From positions 1-53,592 of IMG/VR virus record IMGVR_UViG_3300007094_000013: a DNA stretch of 53,592 nucleotides; one strand, 5' to 3'. The notes beneath the pieces are model-generated. The model was not told the DNA's origin. It saw only the letters and a program-made list of their open reading frames with translations, and searched no databases. The position numbers were made by a program, and so were the translations under genes. Within the stretch, counting starts at the first letter, position 1. The number at the start of each line of letters is the position of its first letter. Positions 25,297 through 35,579 of the stretch are shown one piece after another. Origin of the DNA: a virus (taxonomy: Duplodnaviria > Caudoviricetes).

Positions 25297-26709
25297 ATGG
25301 TTTGGCACTCTACATGGACGTCGATGAAGACGAGGCCGCACATCCTCGTCGTGTGCCCGCAGGCCGTAGCCGCTGCGTGGTGCCGCGTGGTGGCGGCCGC
25401 CACCAAAGGCGGCTTCACACCGTGGTCGCATCAGACGCAGTTCGCCAAGTGGTTCGCCGACCGTTCGTTCGGATTGCTTGCAGCCGATATGGGCACCGGC
25501 AAGACGCTTGCCGCGCTGCTCGGACTCAACGCGATGCGGCTTCCGATGCAGCCGCTCGACCTGTCCAGCGGCACAAGCAAGGCGAGAGCCGACAGGCTTC
25601 GCAAGGCGTTGGCCGTGTCGGGCGGCAAGACGCTGGTGGTGATCGTGAACTACGAAGCCGTCTGGAGGTCGAACATGGCGACCGTCGTGGACGGGATTCA
25701 GTGGTCTGCCATCGTTCTGGACGAGAGTCACCGGATCAAGTCACCGGGCGGCACGTCCAGCCGCTACCTCGCACGGCTGGCCGCCAAGCATCCGACGGCG
25801 AAGCGGTTGTGCCTCACCGGCACGCCGATGCCCCACTCCCCGCTCGACCTTTACGGACAGTTCCGCTTCCTCGACGCCAACGTGTTCGGCTCGTCGTTCA
25901 CGAGGATGCGGGCGCGGTACGCCGAGTGTGACACGAGGTTCCCATCCAAGGTTCGGGCATGGCGGAACCAAGATGAACTCACGGCGAAACTGGACGCGAA
26001 CTCGTGGCGGGTCACGTCCGACGAGGTTCTCGACCTCCCGCCGGCCATCCACGAAACGATCCCCGTCACGTTGTCGCCGGCGACGATGCGGTTCTACAGA
26101 ACCCTCGAAGCCAACATGGCGGCCGAGATCGAAGCCGGCACAGTGACGGCCGCCAACGCGATGACGAAACTGCTGCGACTGCAACAGGCGACGAGCGGCT
26201 ACACGCGACCCGACGGCGCGGAAGACGTGAAGCCAATCGACGGCACGCCGTCGAAGCGTCAGGCGTTGGAGGACAGGCTTGAAGACCTCCACGTCACCGA
26301 GCCGGTGGTGGTGTTCTGCCGGTTTCGCTCCGACCTTGACGACGTGCAGGCTGCGGCCCGGGCACTCGGACGCGAGTACGCCGAGGTCAGCGGCACGCGA
26401 AAGGATCTGGAGCGGTGGCAATCCGGTGACGCTGCCATCCTCGGAGTGCAGATGCAGTCCGGCGGCGTCGGCATCGACTGCAGCCGCGCCGCGTTCGCCT
26501 TCTACTACAGCCTCGGCTTTAGCCTTGGCGACTACGAGCAGAGTCTTGCCCGGCTTCGGCGGCCCGGGCAGACACGGTGTGTCCGGTACTACCACCTCGT
26601 CTGCGAGGGAACGGTGGATGAACGGGTGTATGCAGCACTCAAGGAGCGTCGAGACGTAGTCGAGTCCGTGCTGCAAGGTCTGTCGCCAAGGAAGGGAGTC
26701 GTGGCATGA
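25297..26709 (+). CDS. SNF2-like SF2 helicase with permuted motif Ia
   Basis: DMGTGKT, DESHRIK, LTGTP, LLRLQQ, SGGVGID, QSLARLRRPGQ. Confidence 0.9.
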   Translation: MVWHSTWTSMKTRPHILVVCPQAVAAAWCRVVAAATKGGFTPWSHQTQFAKWFADRSFGLLAADMGTGKTLAALLGLNAMRLPMQPLDLSSGTSKARADRLRKALAVSGGKTLVVIVNYEAVWRSNMATVVDGIQWSAIVLDESHRIKSPGGTSSRYLARLAAKHPTAKRLCLTGTPMPHSPLDLYGQFRFLDANVFGSSFTRMRARYAECDTRFPSKVRAWRNQDELTAKLDANSWRVTSDEVLDLPPAIHETIPVTLSPATMRFYRTLEANMAAEIEAGTVTAANAMTKLLRLQQATSGYTRPDGAEDVKPIDGTPSKRQALEDRLEDLHVTEPVVVFCRFRSDLDDVQAAARALGREYAEVSGTRKDLERWQSGDAAILGVQMQSGGVGIDCSRAAFAFYYSLGFSLGDYEQSLARLRRPGQTRCVRYYHLVCEGTVDERVYAALKERRDVVESVLQGLSPRKGVVA

Positions 26710-27146
26710 GCGTCGATATTGCGGATGACTACACAGGCCGCCTCAAGGGGCTGCTGGAGCGCGTGGTCGCACTTCAAAACGAGAAGGCCGTTGCCGACGA
26801 GGCGGCCAAGGACGCCGGCAAGCGGCTGCGTGAGGCCGAGCAGGAGGCGGTCGAGGTGCTGGCGTTGTCCGGCCTCGACGGCTGTCGCGTGGCGGGCAAG
26901 ACGTGGTCGCTGCGTGAGTTCTTCTCGGTCAGCATCCCGGCCGCGAACAAGGAGGCCGTGCTGAAAGCGGCGAAGAAGGTGTGCCCCGAATACATCGGCG
27001 TCAACACCGCCAGCCTCAAGTCATGGCTGGACGAGCGGCGCAAGGAGAAGGGCATCGACGGCGAGAGCCTCGCCGCCGGCACTCCGTTTGAGGGTCTCGT
27101 GACCGAGTTCCGCGAGGTGCGGCTGTCGCACCGGACGGTGGGATGA
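26706..27146 (+). CDS. Hypothetical replication-module protein (coiled-coil N-terminus)
   Basis: ATGA overlap; VNTASLKSW. Confidence 0.65.
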   Translation: MSVDIADDYTGRLKGLLERVVALQNEKAVADEAAKDAGKRLREAEQEAVEVLALSGLDGCRVAGKTWSLREFFSVSIPAANKEAVLKAAKKVCPEYIGVNTASLKSWLDERRKEKGIDGESLAAGTPFEGLVTEFREVRLSHRTVG

Positions 27147-27178
27147 TGGACGCGCGCTTCACACAGAAAGGGAGAGGC

Positions 27179-27631
27179 ATGAGCGTGAACACCACGGCCG
27201 AGCAGGCCAATGACGATGAGTTGAACGGGCTGAAAATGTCGTTCGGACGCATCCACGGAAGCGTCCGCGTGCGAACGACCGCTGATCTGGCTGTGTCGCC
27301 TCGCACCGAGAAGGGTGTGGCGATGGGGCTTACGATCCGCGTGTCGGCAGATGTCCTCAAGACCGCCGGCTGGGAGCCGGGGCAGTACGTGGCGATGGAG
27401 TTCGAGAAGCACAAGGGCGACCTCTACTTCATCGTCCGTCGCGTGCCGTCGAGCGTCGGGGTCAAACTGATCCCGAGCGAGGCCGGCGGCGAGACTCACG
27501 GACGCGCCTACTTCACGGTGGGTGAGCGTGCCGTGAAGACGTTGTTCCGGTTCGCGCCGAGCGGCGTGTACGAGTGCAAGATGATGACGTGCGACAAGGA
27601 GCAGGATCGCGTCGCATTCTGGGTCGAGTGA
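27179..27631 (+). CDS. Hypothetical protein
   Basis: GGGAGAGG RBS before the ATG. Confidence 0.55.
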   Translation: MSVNTTAEQANDDELNGLKMSFGRIHGSVRVRTTADLAVSPRTEKGVAMGLTIRVSADVLKTAGWEPGQYVAMEFEKHKGDLYFIVRRVPSSVGVKLIPSEAGGETHGRAYFTVGERAVKTLFRFAPSGVYECKMMTCDKEQDRVAFWVE

Positions 27632-27686
27632 GCGTTGACGGTGTGGTAGATTGTTCGGGTTCCCAATCACGAAAGGAGTGTGCCAC

Positions 27687-28448
27687 ATGGCACCGAGCGG
27701 TGAGATGATGGTCGGAACGGATTCCAAGTTTCTCGCGCTGCGTCCCGACTCGGACGTTCGCGAGGCTCTGATGGCAAACCTCGGCCCGGGCGAGACGCTG
27801 CAAGCGTCCGACCTGCCGAGGGTGCCGACGCCTTCGGGCGGCGGCAAGGTGTGGTCGTGGACGGACAGCGGGAACAACGAGCAGACGGCGAAGTCCATCG
27901 ACGGGCTGCTCGTGGCCGTGCTGTCCCGTGGCACGTTGTGGAACTCGGAGGATCCGCAGTCCGGCGTCCAGCCGGTTCTCGTGACCTACGACATGGCCAC
28001 GGCGGTCAGGATGAACGACGACATCGGCGACCTCGACGCGGCCGTGCTGGAGTCGTGCCGCATCGGGGACAGGCTCTACGATTGGAGGCGGTTGCCGTAC
28101 AACCAGTACGGCACGGCGTCCAACGGTCGGGCCAAGCGGTGCAAGGAGAGCAGGCTTCTCGCCATCCTGCGTGAGACGGAGGCGTGGCCGCTGCTGGTGA
28201 CTGCCGGCGTCGGCTCGTTCAAGACGGTGCTGCCGTTCATCAAGCGGCTCCCCGTCGCCCACTTCCGTGCCATGGTGAGCCTGACGCTCACCAAGGTGGA
28301 GAACAGCGGCGGCCAGCCGTACTCCCAGATCGTGCCGAAACTGCTCGGCACCATCGGCAAGGACGAGGGCGACATCGTGAGGAGGCTCTACACGGAGCCG
28401 CTGTCGCGGATGGCCCAGCAGATCGACGTGCCGCAGGACGCGGCGTAG
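27687..28448 (+). CDS. Putative ssDNA-binding / recombination protein
   Basis: AAGGAG RBS; LPRVPTPSGGG...KRCKE.R pattern; lies between helicase and primase. Confidence 0.5.
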   Translation: MAPSGEMMVGTDSKFLALRPDSDVREALMANLGPGETLQASDLPRVPTPSGGGKVWSWTDSGNNEQTAKSIDGLLVAVLSRGTLWNSEDPQSGVQPVLVTYDMATAVRMNDDIGDLDAAVLESCRIGDRLYDWRRLPYNQYGTASNGRAKRCKESRLLAILRETEAWPLLVTAGVGSFKTVLPFIKRLPVAHFRAMVSLTLTKVENSGGQPYSQIVPKLLGTIGKDEGDIVRRLYTEPLSRMAQQIDVPQDAA

Positions 28449-28542
28449 TCACGGACTGACTCGTCGGTCTGTTCGTTCCCCGGCCGGCGCGTGGAGACGC
28501 GCCGGCCGGGGTCTCCATCTCGTTTCACGGAGGGTGAGGTCA

Positions 28543-30275
28543 TGCAGGCAGGGATCGCATCGCTGGCGGCGTCGTACGCCGCACGCGGCTGGAAACTGGT
28601 TCGTCTGTTCGGAGTGCGGGAGCCAAGCGTCTGCACGTGCTGGAAGGGGAAGGACTGTGCCACGCCGGGCAAGCACCCCGCCGGCGGCGAGGGCTGGCAA
28701 CTCTCTGCGACCAGCGACGAGGAGGAGGTGCTTGCGTGGTTCGACGCGGGCCAGCCGACGAACGTGGGTCTGCTGCTGGGGCCGGCGTCGGGCATCATTG
28801 ACGTTGAACTGGACGGCGACGACGCGAAAGCCGCGTGGAACGAACTCGCGCTCGGCGAAATCTGGACGCCGACATACACCGCGGGCCGCGGGCCGCACCG
28901 GCTGTTCCGGTGGTCGGAAGAACTCCCGGCCGCCGCCGTGCGGAAGGTCATGGGCATCGAGGTTCGGATCGGCAACGACGGCCGCGCCGCCCAGAGCGTG
29001 ATCCCACCTAGCACGCACCACACCGGAGTCGCGTACCAGTGGGTGCCGGGCATGAGTCCCGACGACGTGGAGCCGCAGCCGCTTCCGCCCAAACTGGTGA
29101 ACCTGTTGTGGAACGACGACGGCACGTCGTGCAAGACAGGCTCGAGCCGAAAGCCAGCACGAGCGGTGCTGCACAGGCCGGTGCCGGAGGGCGAGAGGAA
29201 CAATGAACTCTATCGGTTTGCCGTCAGCGAGGCGTTCCGGTGCGGCGCAGCCTTGGATGACGAGCGAGAGCAGCAAGACCTCTTGCTCAAGGTTCGGGCC
29301 GTGAACGCGATACAGTGTCGGCCTCCGCTGACCGACGGCGAGGTGGTTGCCATCTACCGCTCGGCCATCGCATACGTTCGCAAGACGCGGGCCGCCGGCA
29401 TGGACACGGCCGTGGCGATCAAAGGTGCGACCAAGGCACCGCGAGAGTTGGCGGCCGGATCGGCGGCCAAGTGTTCCGCTATCAAAGGGGAGTGGAAGAC
29501 GTTCACGGCCACCGGGCTGTCGTTCACGCCACTCGACCCAGAGAGCGGGCCGGAGTGGGGGCCGGGCGAGTGGAGTCTGACCGTGGTTCACTCTGACCCG
29601 CTGGAATACCGGCTGACAGTTCCGGCGTGGAAGCCGTTGACGGCACAGGGAACCGGGTCTGTGTCGCTCACGGTCGACCAGTATCGGAGTGCCGCCAAGG
29701 TGGCGGCGGCCGTGCTGGCCGCCACCGGCACCGTGATGCTTGATGACGAGCCAAAGAAGTGGAAGCGGATATGGGACGGCGGCTACAAAGTGGTCGACGC
29801 CCGCAACTCGAAGGGGAAGATTACACGGTTCCACGCCGCCCGTGGCGTCCGTGCGAAACTGCTGGACAACGCGGCTCACGAGTGGCCCGGCGCGAGCAGC
29901 CTGCGGTACGTGCTGCTGGCGACGTGGTTGTATGACCGGCTGTCGCAGGCCAGCCAGCCCAGCGACGACGACGTGCCAGATCCGACCGGGCGGGCCTGCT
30001 GGCGGGCCGACGGCACGCTCTGGTTCGCGTGGGGGAAAATCTGGGAGGACATCGAAAGGCAGCACCGCGTGAACGACGGGGAGCGGCTGGCACTCAAGAG
30101 GCGGCTGCTGGCCCACATCCCCGGGGCGAAAGACTTTGCCCACTCCGAGTTCCGTCACGTGGGCGGCACGAGGCGGTCGTACGTGGTCTGGACACGCCGC
30201 GAGTTCGCCATCCTTGAGCAACTGGCGACCATCGACCGGGCCACGATGGAGACAGTGTCGGAAGAACCGTCCTAG
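28543..30275 (+). CDS. Prim-Pol primase with PriCT-like domain and unknown C-terminus
   Basis: CTC..C..PGKHP, NVGLLLG..SGIIDVELD, GRGPHRLF, SVIPPSTH; EGERNNEL...CRPPLTDGEV. Confidence 0.88.
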
Positions 30276-30398
30276 TTATATGGGGTCGATTTTGATTCAG
30301 TGGTTTTTTTTCTTCGCGGGAGGTCGGTTTTCGCGGCAAGTGCGTTTCGCTGCTGTTTTTACGGAGCAAACGTGCCGCGAAAACCTGACGGGAAAACC
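30273..30398. repeat. Origin-like element, copy 2
   Basis: Same 20-mer, GGTTTTCGCGG (30326) and CCGCGAAAACC (30375) as at 16589; T-rich. Confidence 0.7.
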
Positions 30399-30437
30399 CG
30401 TCGTGCCGTCAAAACATTGTCGCCGGAGGATGATACT

Positions 30438-32084
30438 GTGCTTGTCGCAAGGTTGGTCGGGTCGGCTGGGAGCGGAAAGACGACGGAACTCCAGCGGATC
30501 ATGGAGGGGGCGTTGCCATCCCTCGGCAACGATCCGCTGCTGCTGGGCTTCGCCTCGTTCACGCGGGCGGCACGCCGGGAGGCCGTCGAGCGTGTGTCTG
30601 GGGCGTGGGGCGTGGACGCCAGCCTGCTGGAGAACCGGGGGTGGTTTCGGACGATCCACTCCACGTGCAAGCGGTGCCTCGGCGTCCAGCCGGGGCAACT
30701 CATCGCGGACACGCAGCGGGACGTCGAGTGGATAAGCGGCGTTCTCGGCGTCAAACTCGCCACGCAACTGGACGACGAGGCAGGCCAGAATCGTTTCATA
30801 GGCGACCCCGTTGTGGCCGCGTCGCTCAACTGCTGGAGCCTGTCCCGCAACTCCCTTACTCCGCTGGAGGTGGTGGTGCGGCGGCTGCGGATGGTGGACG
30901 ACAACGTGCCAGACTTCGCCGCGATTGTTCGGGTGGCCGAACGGTACGAGGCGGCCAAGCGTATCGAAGACAGACTCGACTTCGCCGACCTCCTGTCACA
31001 GTTTGCAGGCATCTCGGCCTCGCCGACGGACGGGATGCGGAAGACAACTCCGCGAGGAGAACTCCCGGCCGTCGCTGCGTGGCTTTTCGATGAGCAGCAG
31101 GACGCGAGTCCGCTGCTCGACGCGGTGTGCAAGCGTCTCGTCTCGGCACCGAGCGTCCGTTGGTGCTACGTGGTGGGCGACCCGTTCCAAGCCATCTACG
31201 GGTTCGCCGGCAGCAGTGCCGAGTGCTTCCTTGGGTGGCCCGTTGCCAAAGAACGCATCATGCCAAAGTCATACAGATGCCCGAAGCCCATCCTCGAACT
31301 AGGCGAACGGTGCTTGCGGCGTATGCGGAAAGGCTACTTCGACAGGAAGGTCGCGCCAGCGGATCACGAGGGTGCCGTGTGGGAGGTGTCGGACATCGAC
31401 GCTCTCGTGGCGTCCGTCAACCCGGGTGACGACTGGCTGCTCATCGCACGCAGCAACTACCAAGCGGCGCGGCTCCACGCCGCCATGCACGCCGCCGGCA
31501 AGCCCGCACGGTGGGTGAAGTCTCCAGAGACATCCCCTCGCGCCGACGGCCTTCGAGCGTTGTACGCGTTGGAGAAGGACGGTGCCATCACCGGCGCACA
31601 GTGGGCCAAGGCGTTGCCGCTGCTGCCGGTGACAGACAAGGACAAGCGGCCAATGCTGTCCCGTGGTGTGAAGACACATTGGGCGAAGGAACACGCCGAA
31701 CGGTGGGACGTCATCTTCGCCGCCGACCTCCCAGACGTGGGCGCGTGCCCCGCTCTGGTGGAGTCCATACGAAGCGGCGCGTGGTGCCGGCTCGTCGACC
31801 GCGGGGAGCAGTGGCGGCGGCAGGCCGAGAGGTATGGGCCGACGCTTGCGGGGGAGCCTGCGGTGCGTGTCGGCACCGTTCACAGTGTGAAGGGGGCCGA
31901 GGCCGACAATGTGGCCGTGCTGACCACCACAAGTAGTCGCGTGGAGCAGGGAACCGAGAACCCAGATCAGCACGACGAGGAACACCGCATCGCATACGTT
32001 GCGGTCACACGGGCACGCCGCAACCTCTACGTCATCAACGAGGGCAAGGGCGGGCGACGTGTACCACGCATGGAGGTGTTGTGA
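30438..32084 (+). CDS. UvrD/Rep-like SF1 helicase
   Basis: GSAGSGKTT, FT, TIHS, DEQQD, VGDPFQAIYGF, SYRCP, TVHSVKGAEAD, YVAVTRAR. Confidence 0.93.
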   Translation: MLVARLVGSAGSGKTTELQRIMEGALPSLGNDPLLLGFASFTRAARREAVERVSGAWGVDASLLENRGWFRTIHSTCKRCLGVQPGQLIADTQRDVEWISGVLGVKLATQLDDEAGQNRFIGDPVVAASLNCWSLSRNSLTPLEVVVRRLRMVDDNVPDFAAIVRVAERYEAAKRIEDRLDFADLLSQFAGISASPTDGMRKTTPRGELPAVAAWLFDEQQDASPLLDAVCKRLVSAPSVRWCYVVGDPFQAIYGFAGSSAECFLGWPVAKERIMPKSYRCPKPILELGERCLRRMRKGYFDRKVAPADHEGAVWEVSDIDALVASVNPGDDWLLIARSNYQAARLHAAMHAAGKPARWVKSPETSPRADGLRALYALEKDGAITGAQWAKALPLLPVTDKDKRPMLSRGVKTHWAKEHAERWDVIFAADLPDVGACPALVESIRSGAWCRLVDRGEQWRRQAERYGPTLAGEPAVRVGTVHSVKGAEADNVAVLTTTSSRVEQGTENPDQHDEEHRIAYVAVTRARRNLYVINEGKGGRRVPRMEVL

Positions 32085-32371
32085 TGACTGACACGCGGGC
32101 CGACATCGTAGAGCGAATCAGATCGCTGCGGTACGTTCACGTGCCGCAGGCCAGCCAGTTATTCGAGGAGGCGTGTCGGGAGATCGAGAGGCTGCGTCAA
32201 GTTGCCTTGCAAAAAAACCTAACCGACGCGGAGCGGTGTGCGATCAAGGAGGCCAGCGAGTTCTACGTTGGGACGCGAGTGGGAGTCGCGTTGAGCGGCC
32301 TGTTGACAAGACTTTGTTCTGACGCCGCAGCGTATACCAACGGTGTATCGACAGTGACCGAAACAAAGTGA
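32081..32371 (+). CDS. Hypothetical protein
   Basis: DIVERIR...EACREIERLR; overlaps the upstream stop. Confidence 0.6.
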   Translation: MMTDTRADIVERIRSLRYVHVPQASQLFEEACREIERLRQVALQKNLTDAERCAIKEASEFYVGTRVGVALSGLLTRLCSDAAAYTNGVSTVTETK

Positions 32372-32733
32372 ATGCACAACTCGCGGGATCGGGGACAGAC
32401 GTGACGGAGTTTCACCCACACTCGGAGCCGTGTCACCGCTGCCAAGCCACGGCGTGGGAGTTGGTTGGGGAGTTCAAGCCGCGCAAGGGGCCGAGCGAGG
32501 ACGTTGTGGAATGTGTTTTTTGCGGCCTACTGACACGCGTGAAAGCGGTGCCTCGCCAGCCTGTCGTGCCGCCTGCGGAGGAGTTCCGGTTTCGGCACGG
32601 CCGCTTCGTTGGAATGACGTTCGCGGAGGTGGACGGCCAGCCCAACGGACGCCGCTATCTGGAGTTGATGAGAGACACCAATCAGAAACTCCGTGAACGG
32701 ATCGAGTCATACCTTGCCAGCGTGACTACATGA
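32368..32733 (+). CDS. Hypothetical Zn-ribbon protein
   Basis: CHRC...CVFC; C-terminal F.HGRF.G.TF.EV. Confidence 0.6.
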   Translation: MNAQLAGSGTDVTEFHPHSEPCHRCQATAWELVGEFKPRKGPSEDVVECVFCGLLTRVKAVPRQPVVPPAEEFRFRHGRFVGMTFAEVDGQPNGRRYLELMRDTNQKLRERIESYLASVTT

Positions 32734-32808
32734 CAGCATTTTCTCGGCTTGACACATTGAACATCGCCGCTCCACATTGTTCGGCTACCCGTACAAAGGG
32801 AGACGAGC

Positions 32809-33129
32809 ATGGCGAAAGAGACAACGATCACGGCCGGCATCAAGAAGATGGCCGAGGCCGCAGGCTGGTGGGTGATGAAGATTCACGGCGGGCCGTACCA
32901 ACTCTCCGGCGTGCCCGACCTACTTCTCATCCGGCGCGGCGAGGCCACGTTTCTGGAGGTCAAGCAACCCGGCAAGAAACCAACGGAGATTCAGGTGCGC
33001 CGCATGTCCGAGATCGTGGCGCGTGCCGGGGCACTGTGCCACGTGGTCACGAGCGTGGACGAGGCACGTGAAGTTCTAGGTGTGGCCGCGCCGTGCGGTC
33101 GCTGCTGGTCAAAAGTTGAAAAGCGATAA
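32809..33129 (+). CDS. VRR-NUC domain nuclease
   Basis: E...GVPDLL...FLEVKQPGKKPT..Q. Confidence 0.9.
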   Translation: MAKETTITAGIKKMAEAAGWWVMKIHGGPYQLSGVPDLLLIRRGEATFLEVKQPGKKPTEIQVRRMSEIVARAGALCHVVTSVDEAREVLGVAAPCGRCWSKVEKR

Positions 33130-33139
33130 GGAGGTCGCC

Positions 33140-34246
33140 ATGACAACGCTGACGAAGGATCGTCCGAAGGCATCCAAGGTGTCGGTTGCCGCCGTCAAGG
33201 CCGCGCTGAGAGCGGTCGACCCGGCGGTGCCGGCAAAGGCGGCCAAGCCGTCCACGAAGTGTGTGCTGCTGGACAGCGGAACCCTGACCGCAACAGACGG
33301 CGACCTCCGCATCACCGTGCTGGTGGACTACTACGGGCCGCCGATGCTTGTGCCGTACGACAGGCTCAAGGCCATCGTCGGCAACGTGCCGGACAAGGCC
33401 GAGGTCACGTTCACTGTCGACGGCACGAGCGCGAGGGTGCGGGTGCCGGGCGGCTCGTGGACGTTCCCCGTGGAGGCCGTCTCGGAGTTCCCTGCCCCGC
33501 TCGGCGGCAAAGCGTTCCCCGTGGCACGCATCCCTGCCGACCAGTTCGTGCGTGCCGTGAACTCGACCGCGCTGGCAATCGACAAAGGCGGCTTCCGCGC
33601 CGCGATGTCGGGCGTGCTGCTGGACGTGAGGGGCGACGAGATCAACTTCGTCGGCACCGACGGCCGCCGCGTGTGTGTTGTCGAGTGCGGCGTTGAGCAG
33701 GCGGTGGATGACACGCTGACGGTGTGTCCAGACCACGCGTTGAAGGCGGCGGCCAAAATGGCCGAGCGCACCGAGGGGGCTGTTCAGATCGAGTCCACGC
33801 GGGCCGTCGTGGTGGTGTCGGCAGAGCAGTGGCGAGTTGAGACTCGTGTAGTTGACGGCACGTTCCCAGACTGGCGCGCCGCGTTCCCTGACCGCGACGT
33901 GACACAGACCGTGGTCGACCGCGAGGCGTTGCGTCAGGCCGTGGCCGTCGCCCGTGTGTGTGCCGACGAGGTCAGCCGTGGCGTGACGATGCGACTCGGG
34001 GCGTCTGTTCGCCTGTCGGCGAAGTCTTCCACCAACGGAGAGGCAAACGTGACGTGCCCCGTTGTGGAGGCCGGAGACGAGGTGGCTGTGACGCTCGACC
34101 CGAGGTACGTGCTGGAGTGGCTTGAAAGCCTGTCCGGCAAGGACGCAGATCCGACAGTGACCATCGACGCGGCGTCCGCGGAGTCCGTCGTGATCTTCCG
34201 TTGTGACGACGCCACCAACCTCGTCATGCCGCTGGATCCGACATGA
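33140..34246 (+). CDS. dnaN: DNA polymerase III beta sliding clamp homologue
   Basis: LTATDGD, EFP, GVLL...FVGTDGRR, RVVDGTFPDW, LDPRYVLE, LVMP. Confidence 0.88.
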   Translation: MTTLTKDRPKASKVSVAAVKAALRAVDPAVPAKAAKPSTKCVLLDSGTLTATDGDLRITVLVDYYGPPMLVPYDRLKAIVGNVPDKAEVTFTVDGTSARVRVPGGSWTFPVEAVSEFPAPLGGKAFPVARIPADQFVRAVNSTALAIDKGGFRAAMSGVLLDVRGDEINFVGTDGRRVCVVECGVEQAVDDTLTVCPDHALKAAAKMAERTEGAVQIESTRAVVVVSAEQWRVETRVVDGTFPDWRAAFPDRDVTQTVVDREALRQAVAVARVCADEVSRGVTMRLGASVRLSAKSSTNGEANVTCPVVEAGDEVAVTLDPRYVLEWLESLSGKDADPTVTIDAASAESVVIFRCDDATNLVMPLDPT

Positions 34247-34458
34247 CAAAGAGAGACACACAGGCCGCCGAGTACGCCGCAGAGGCGAGGCTTGCACCTA
34301 CCGAGGTCGATTTGGACACGATGACCGTGGTCGTCACCGAGTTCCCTGCCGACGTGATCTCCGTAGAGCGGAGGCCGCGACTGACCACGTCGCTCCGCGT
34401 CCACGCCGTCGTCCACAAGTGGATGCGGTTGGTGTGGCTCTGGTGGCTCGGCCATTGA
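34243..34458 (+). CDS. Hypothetical protein
   Basis: ATGA overlap. Confidence 0.5.
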   Translation: MTKRDTQAAEYAAEARLAPTEVDLDTMTVVVTEFPADVISVERRPRLTTSLRVHAVVHKWMRLVWLWWLGH

Positions 34459-34536
34459 CTTGACGCACCATCTACCATGCAACCTCGCCGCCCACGGACG
34501 GGCGGTGTGTTCCCTGTGTCCCGAAGGAGAGAGACC

Positions 34537-34875
34537 ATGAAGAATGCGATCTGGTTCGTGCTGCTGCTGTTCACGACGGCCACGGCGAGTGCCGACACGA
34601 CCGTCTGCGTGGAGGGAAGGTGCATCCGCCCGAGGATCGTGGTGCAGCAGACCGTCGTGTCCGCACAGGAACACGCCGACACGCTCGCCGCGACGAACAC
34701 GTTCGTCCATTGTGGACGGCGCGGATGGGGCTACGAAGGCCTCGGGTTCTCGACGTGTTCACCGGACGCCGCGTGCCGCTCCGCGTGCTATTGGGGGCAG
34801 CGGCGCGTGCGGGAGATCGGCACGGCATGGTGCCCGCGTCGTCGCGGGTGGGTGGCCGTCGTACGGTACGAGTGA
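34537..34875 (+). CDS. Small secreted Cys-rich protein
   Basis: Signal peptide MKNAIWFVLLLFTTATASA; AAGGAG RBS; upstream TTGAC. Confidence 0.65.
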   Translation: MKNAIWFVLLLFTTATASADTTVCVEGRCIRPRIVVQQTVVSAQEHADTLAATNTFVHCGRRGWGYEGLGFSTCSPDAACRSACYWGQRRVREIGTAWCPRRRGWVAVVRYE

Positions 34876-34939
34876 CACACTCCGCGGTTCGCCGGCGGCC
34901 GGCAAGGATGCTGGCCGCCGGCGGCCGCCACGGGGAGGA

Positions 34940-35302
34940 GTGGGATGCCGTGGCTTGCCCCGCAAGATCGAACTCTCGCGTGACGACGAACAGCGGTTCA
35001 AGTCGCTGTGGAACAGCGGCACGCCCGTAGCGGACATCTGCACCGCGTTCGGGCTGTCACACGACGCAGTCAACAGGGTTCGAGGCCGACTCGAACTTGC
35101 ACCTCGCACCGCAAGGACACGCGCCGCACCTCGCGTGGCGATGCGAGACCCGTCACCGGAGGAGATAGCGGCTGCGTGTGCCGAGTTGCGTGCGAAGCAC
35201 ATGGCGAAGCGTCTGGCGGAGCCGACGACGAGGAAGTACCGGGACGACAACGAGACCGGGCTGCGAATGTATCCGTGCGACGTTTTCGATTTGGACGGGT
35301 AG
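34940..35302 (+). CDS. HTH protein (GcrA-N-like); start uncertain
   Basis: FKSLWNSGTPVADICTAFGLSHDAVNRVRGRLEL. Confidence 0.55.
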   Translation: MGCRGLPRKIELSRDDEQRFKSLWNSGTPVADICTAFGLSHDAVNRVRGRLELAPRTARTRAAPRVAMRDPSPEEIAAACAELRAKHMAKRLAEPTTRKYRDDNETGLRMYPCDVFDLDG

Positions 35303-35311
35303 CATCAAAGC

Positions 35312-35533
35312 ATGGCATCAAGAACCGCACGTGTCGTGCTTGAGATAGCACCGCGTGAGGTCGTGGTGGCTCTGACAGACCTCGACGGCACGAAAATCGA
35401 GTACGAGAAGTTCACGCTGGAGAAGGGCATCCAAGACCTCCGGCCATCGTCCGTCGCCCGGGACGCGTTCAACCTGCTGTATCAAGCCGTCTCGGGGGCG
35501 GTAAACGAGGACGAAAGCGACGGGATGCAGTGA
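35312..35533 (+). CDS. Hypothetical protein
   Basis: ORF in an operon arrangement. Confidence 0.55.
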   Translation: MASRTARVVLEIAPREVVVALTDLDGTKIEYEKFTLEKGIQDLRPSSVARDAFNLLYQAVSGAVNEDESDGMQ

Positions 35534-35579
35534 CGTCCGTAGTCTGGCGGCATCCCCCCGACGCCGCAGGAGACGCCCC

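Noticed and set aside
28449-30221. Long minus-strand ORFs (also 51827-53395, 20102-21553, 33047-34297, 4437-5585)
   Set aside because: They are antisense shadows of GC-rich genes with clear motifs on the + strand.
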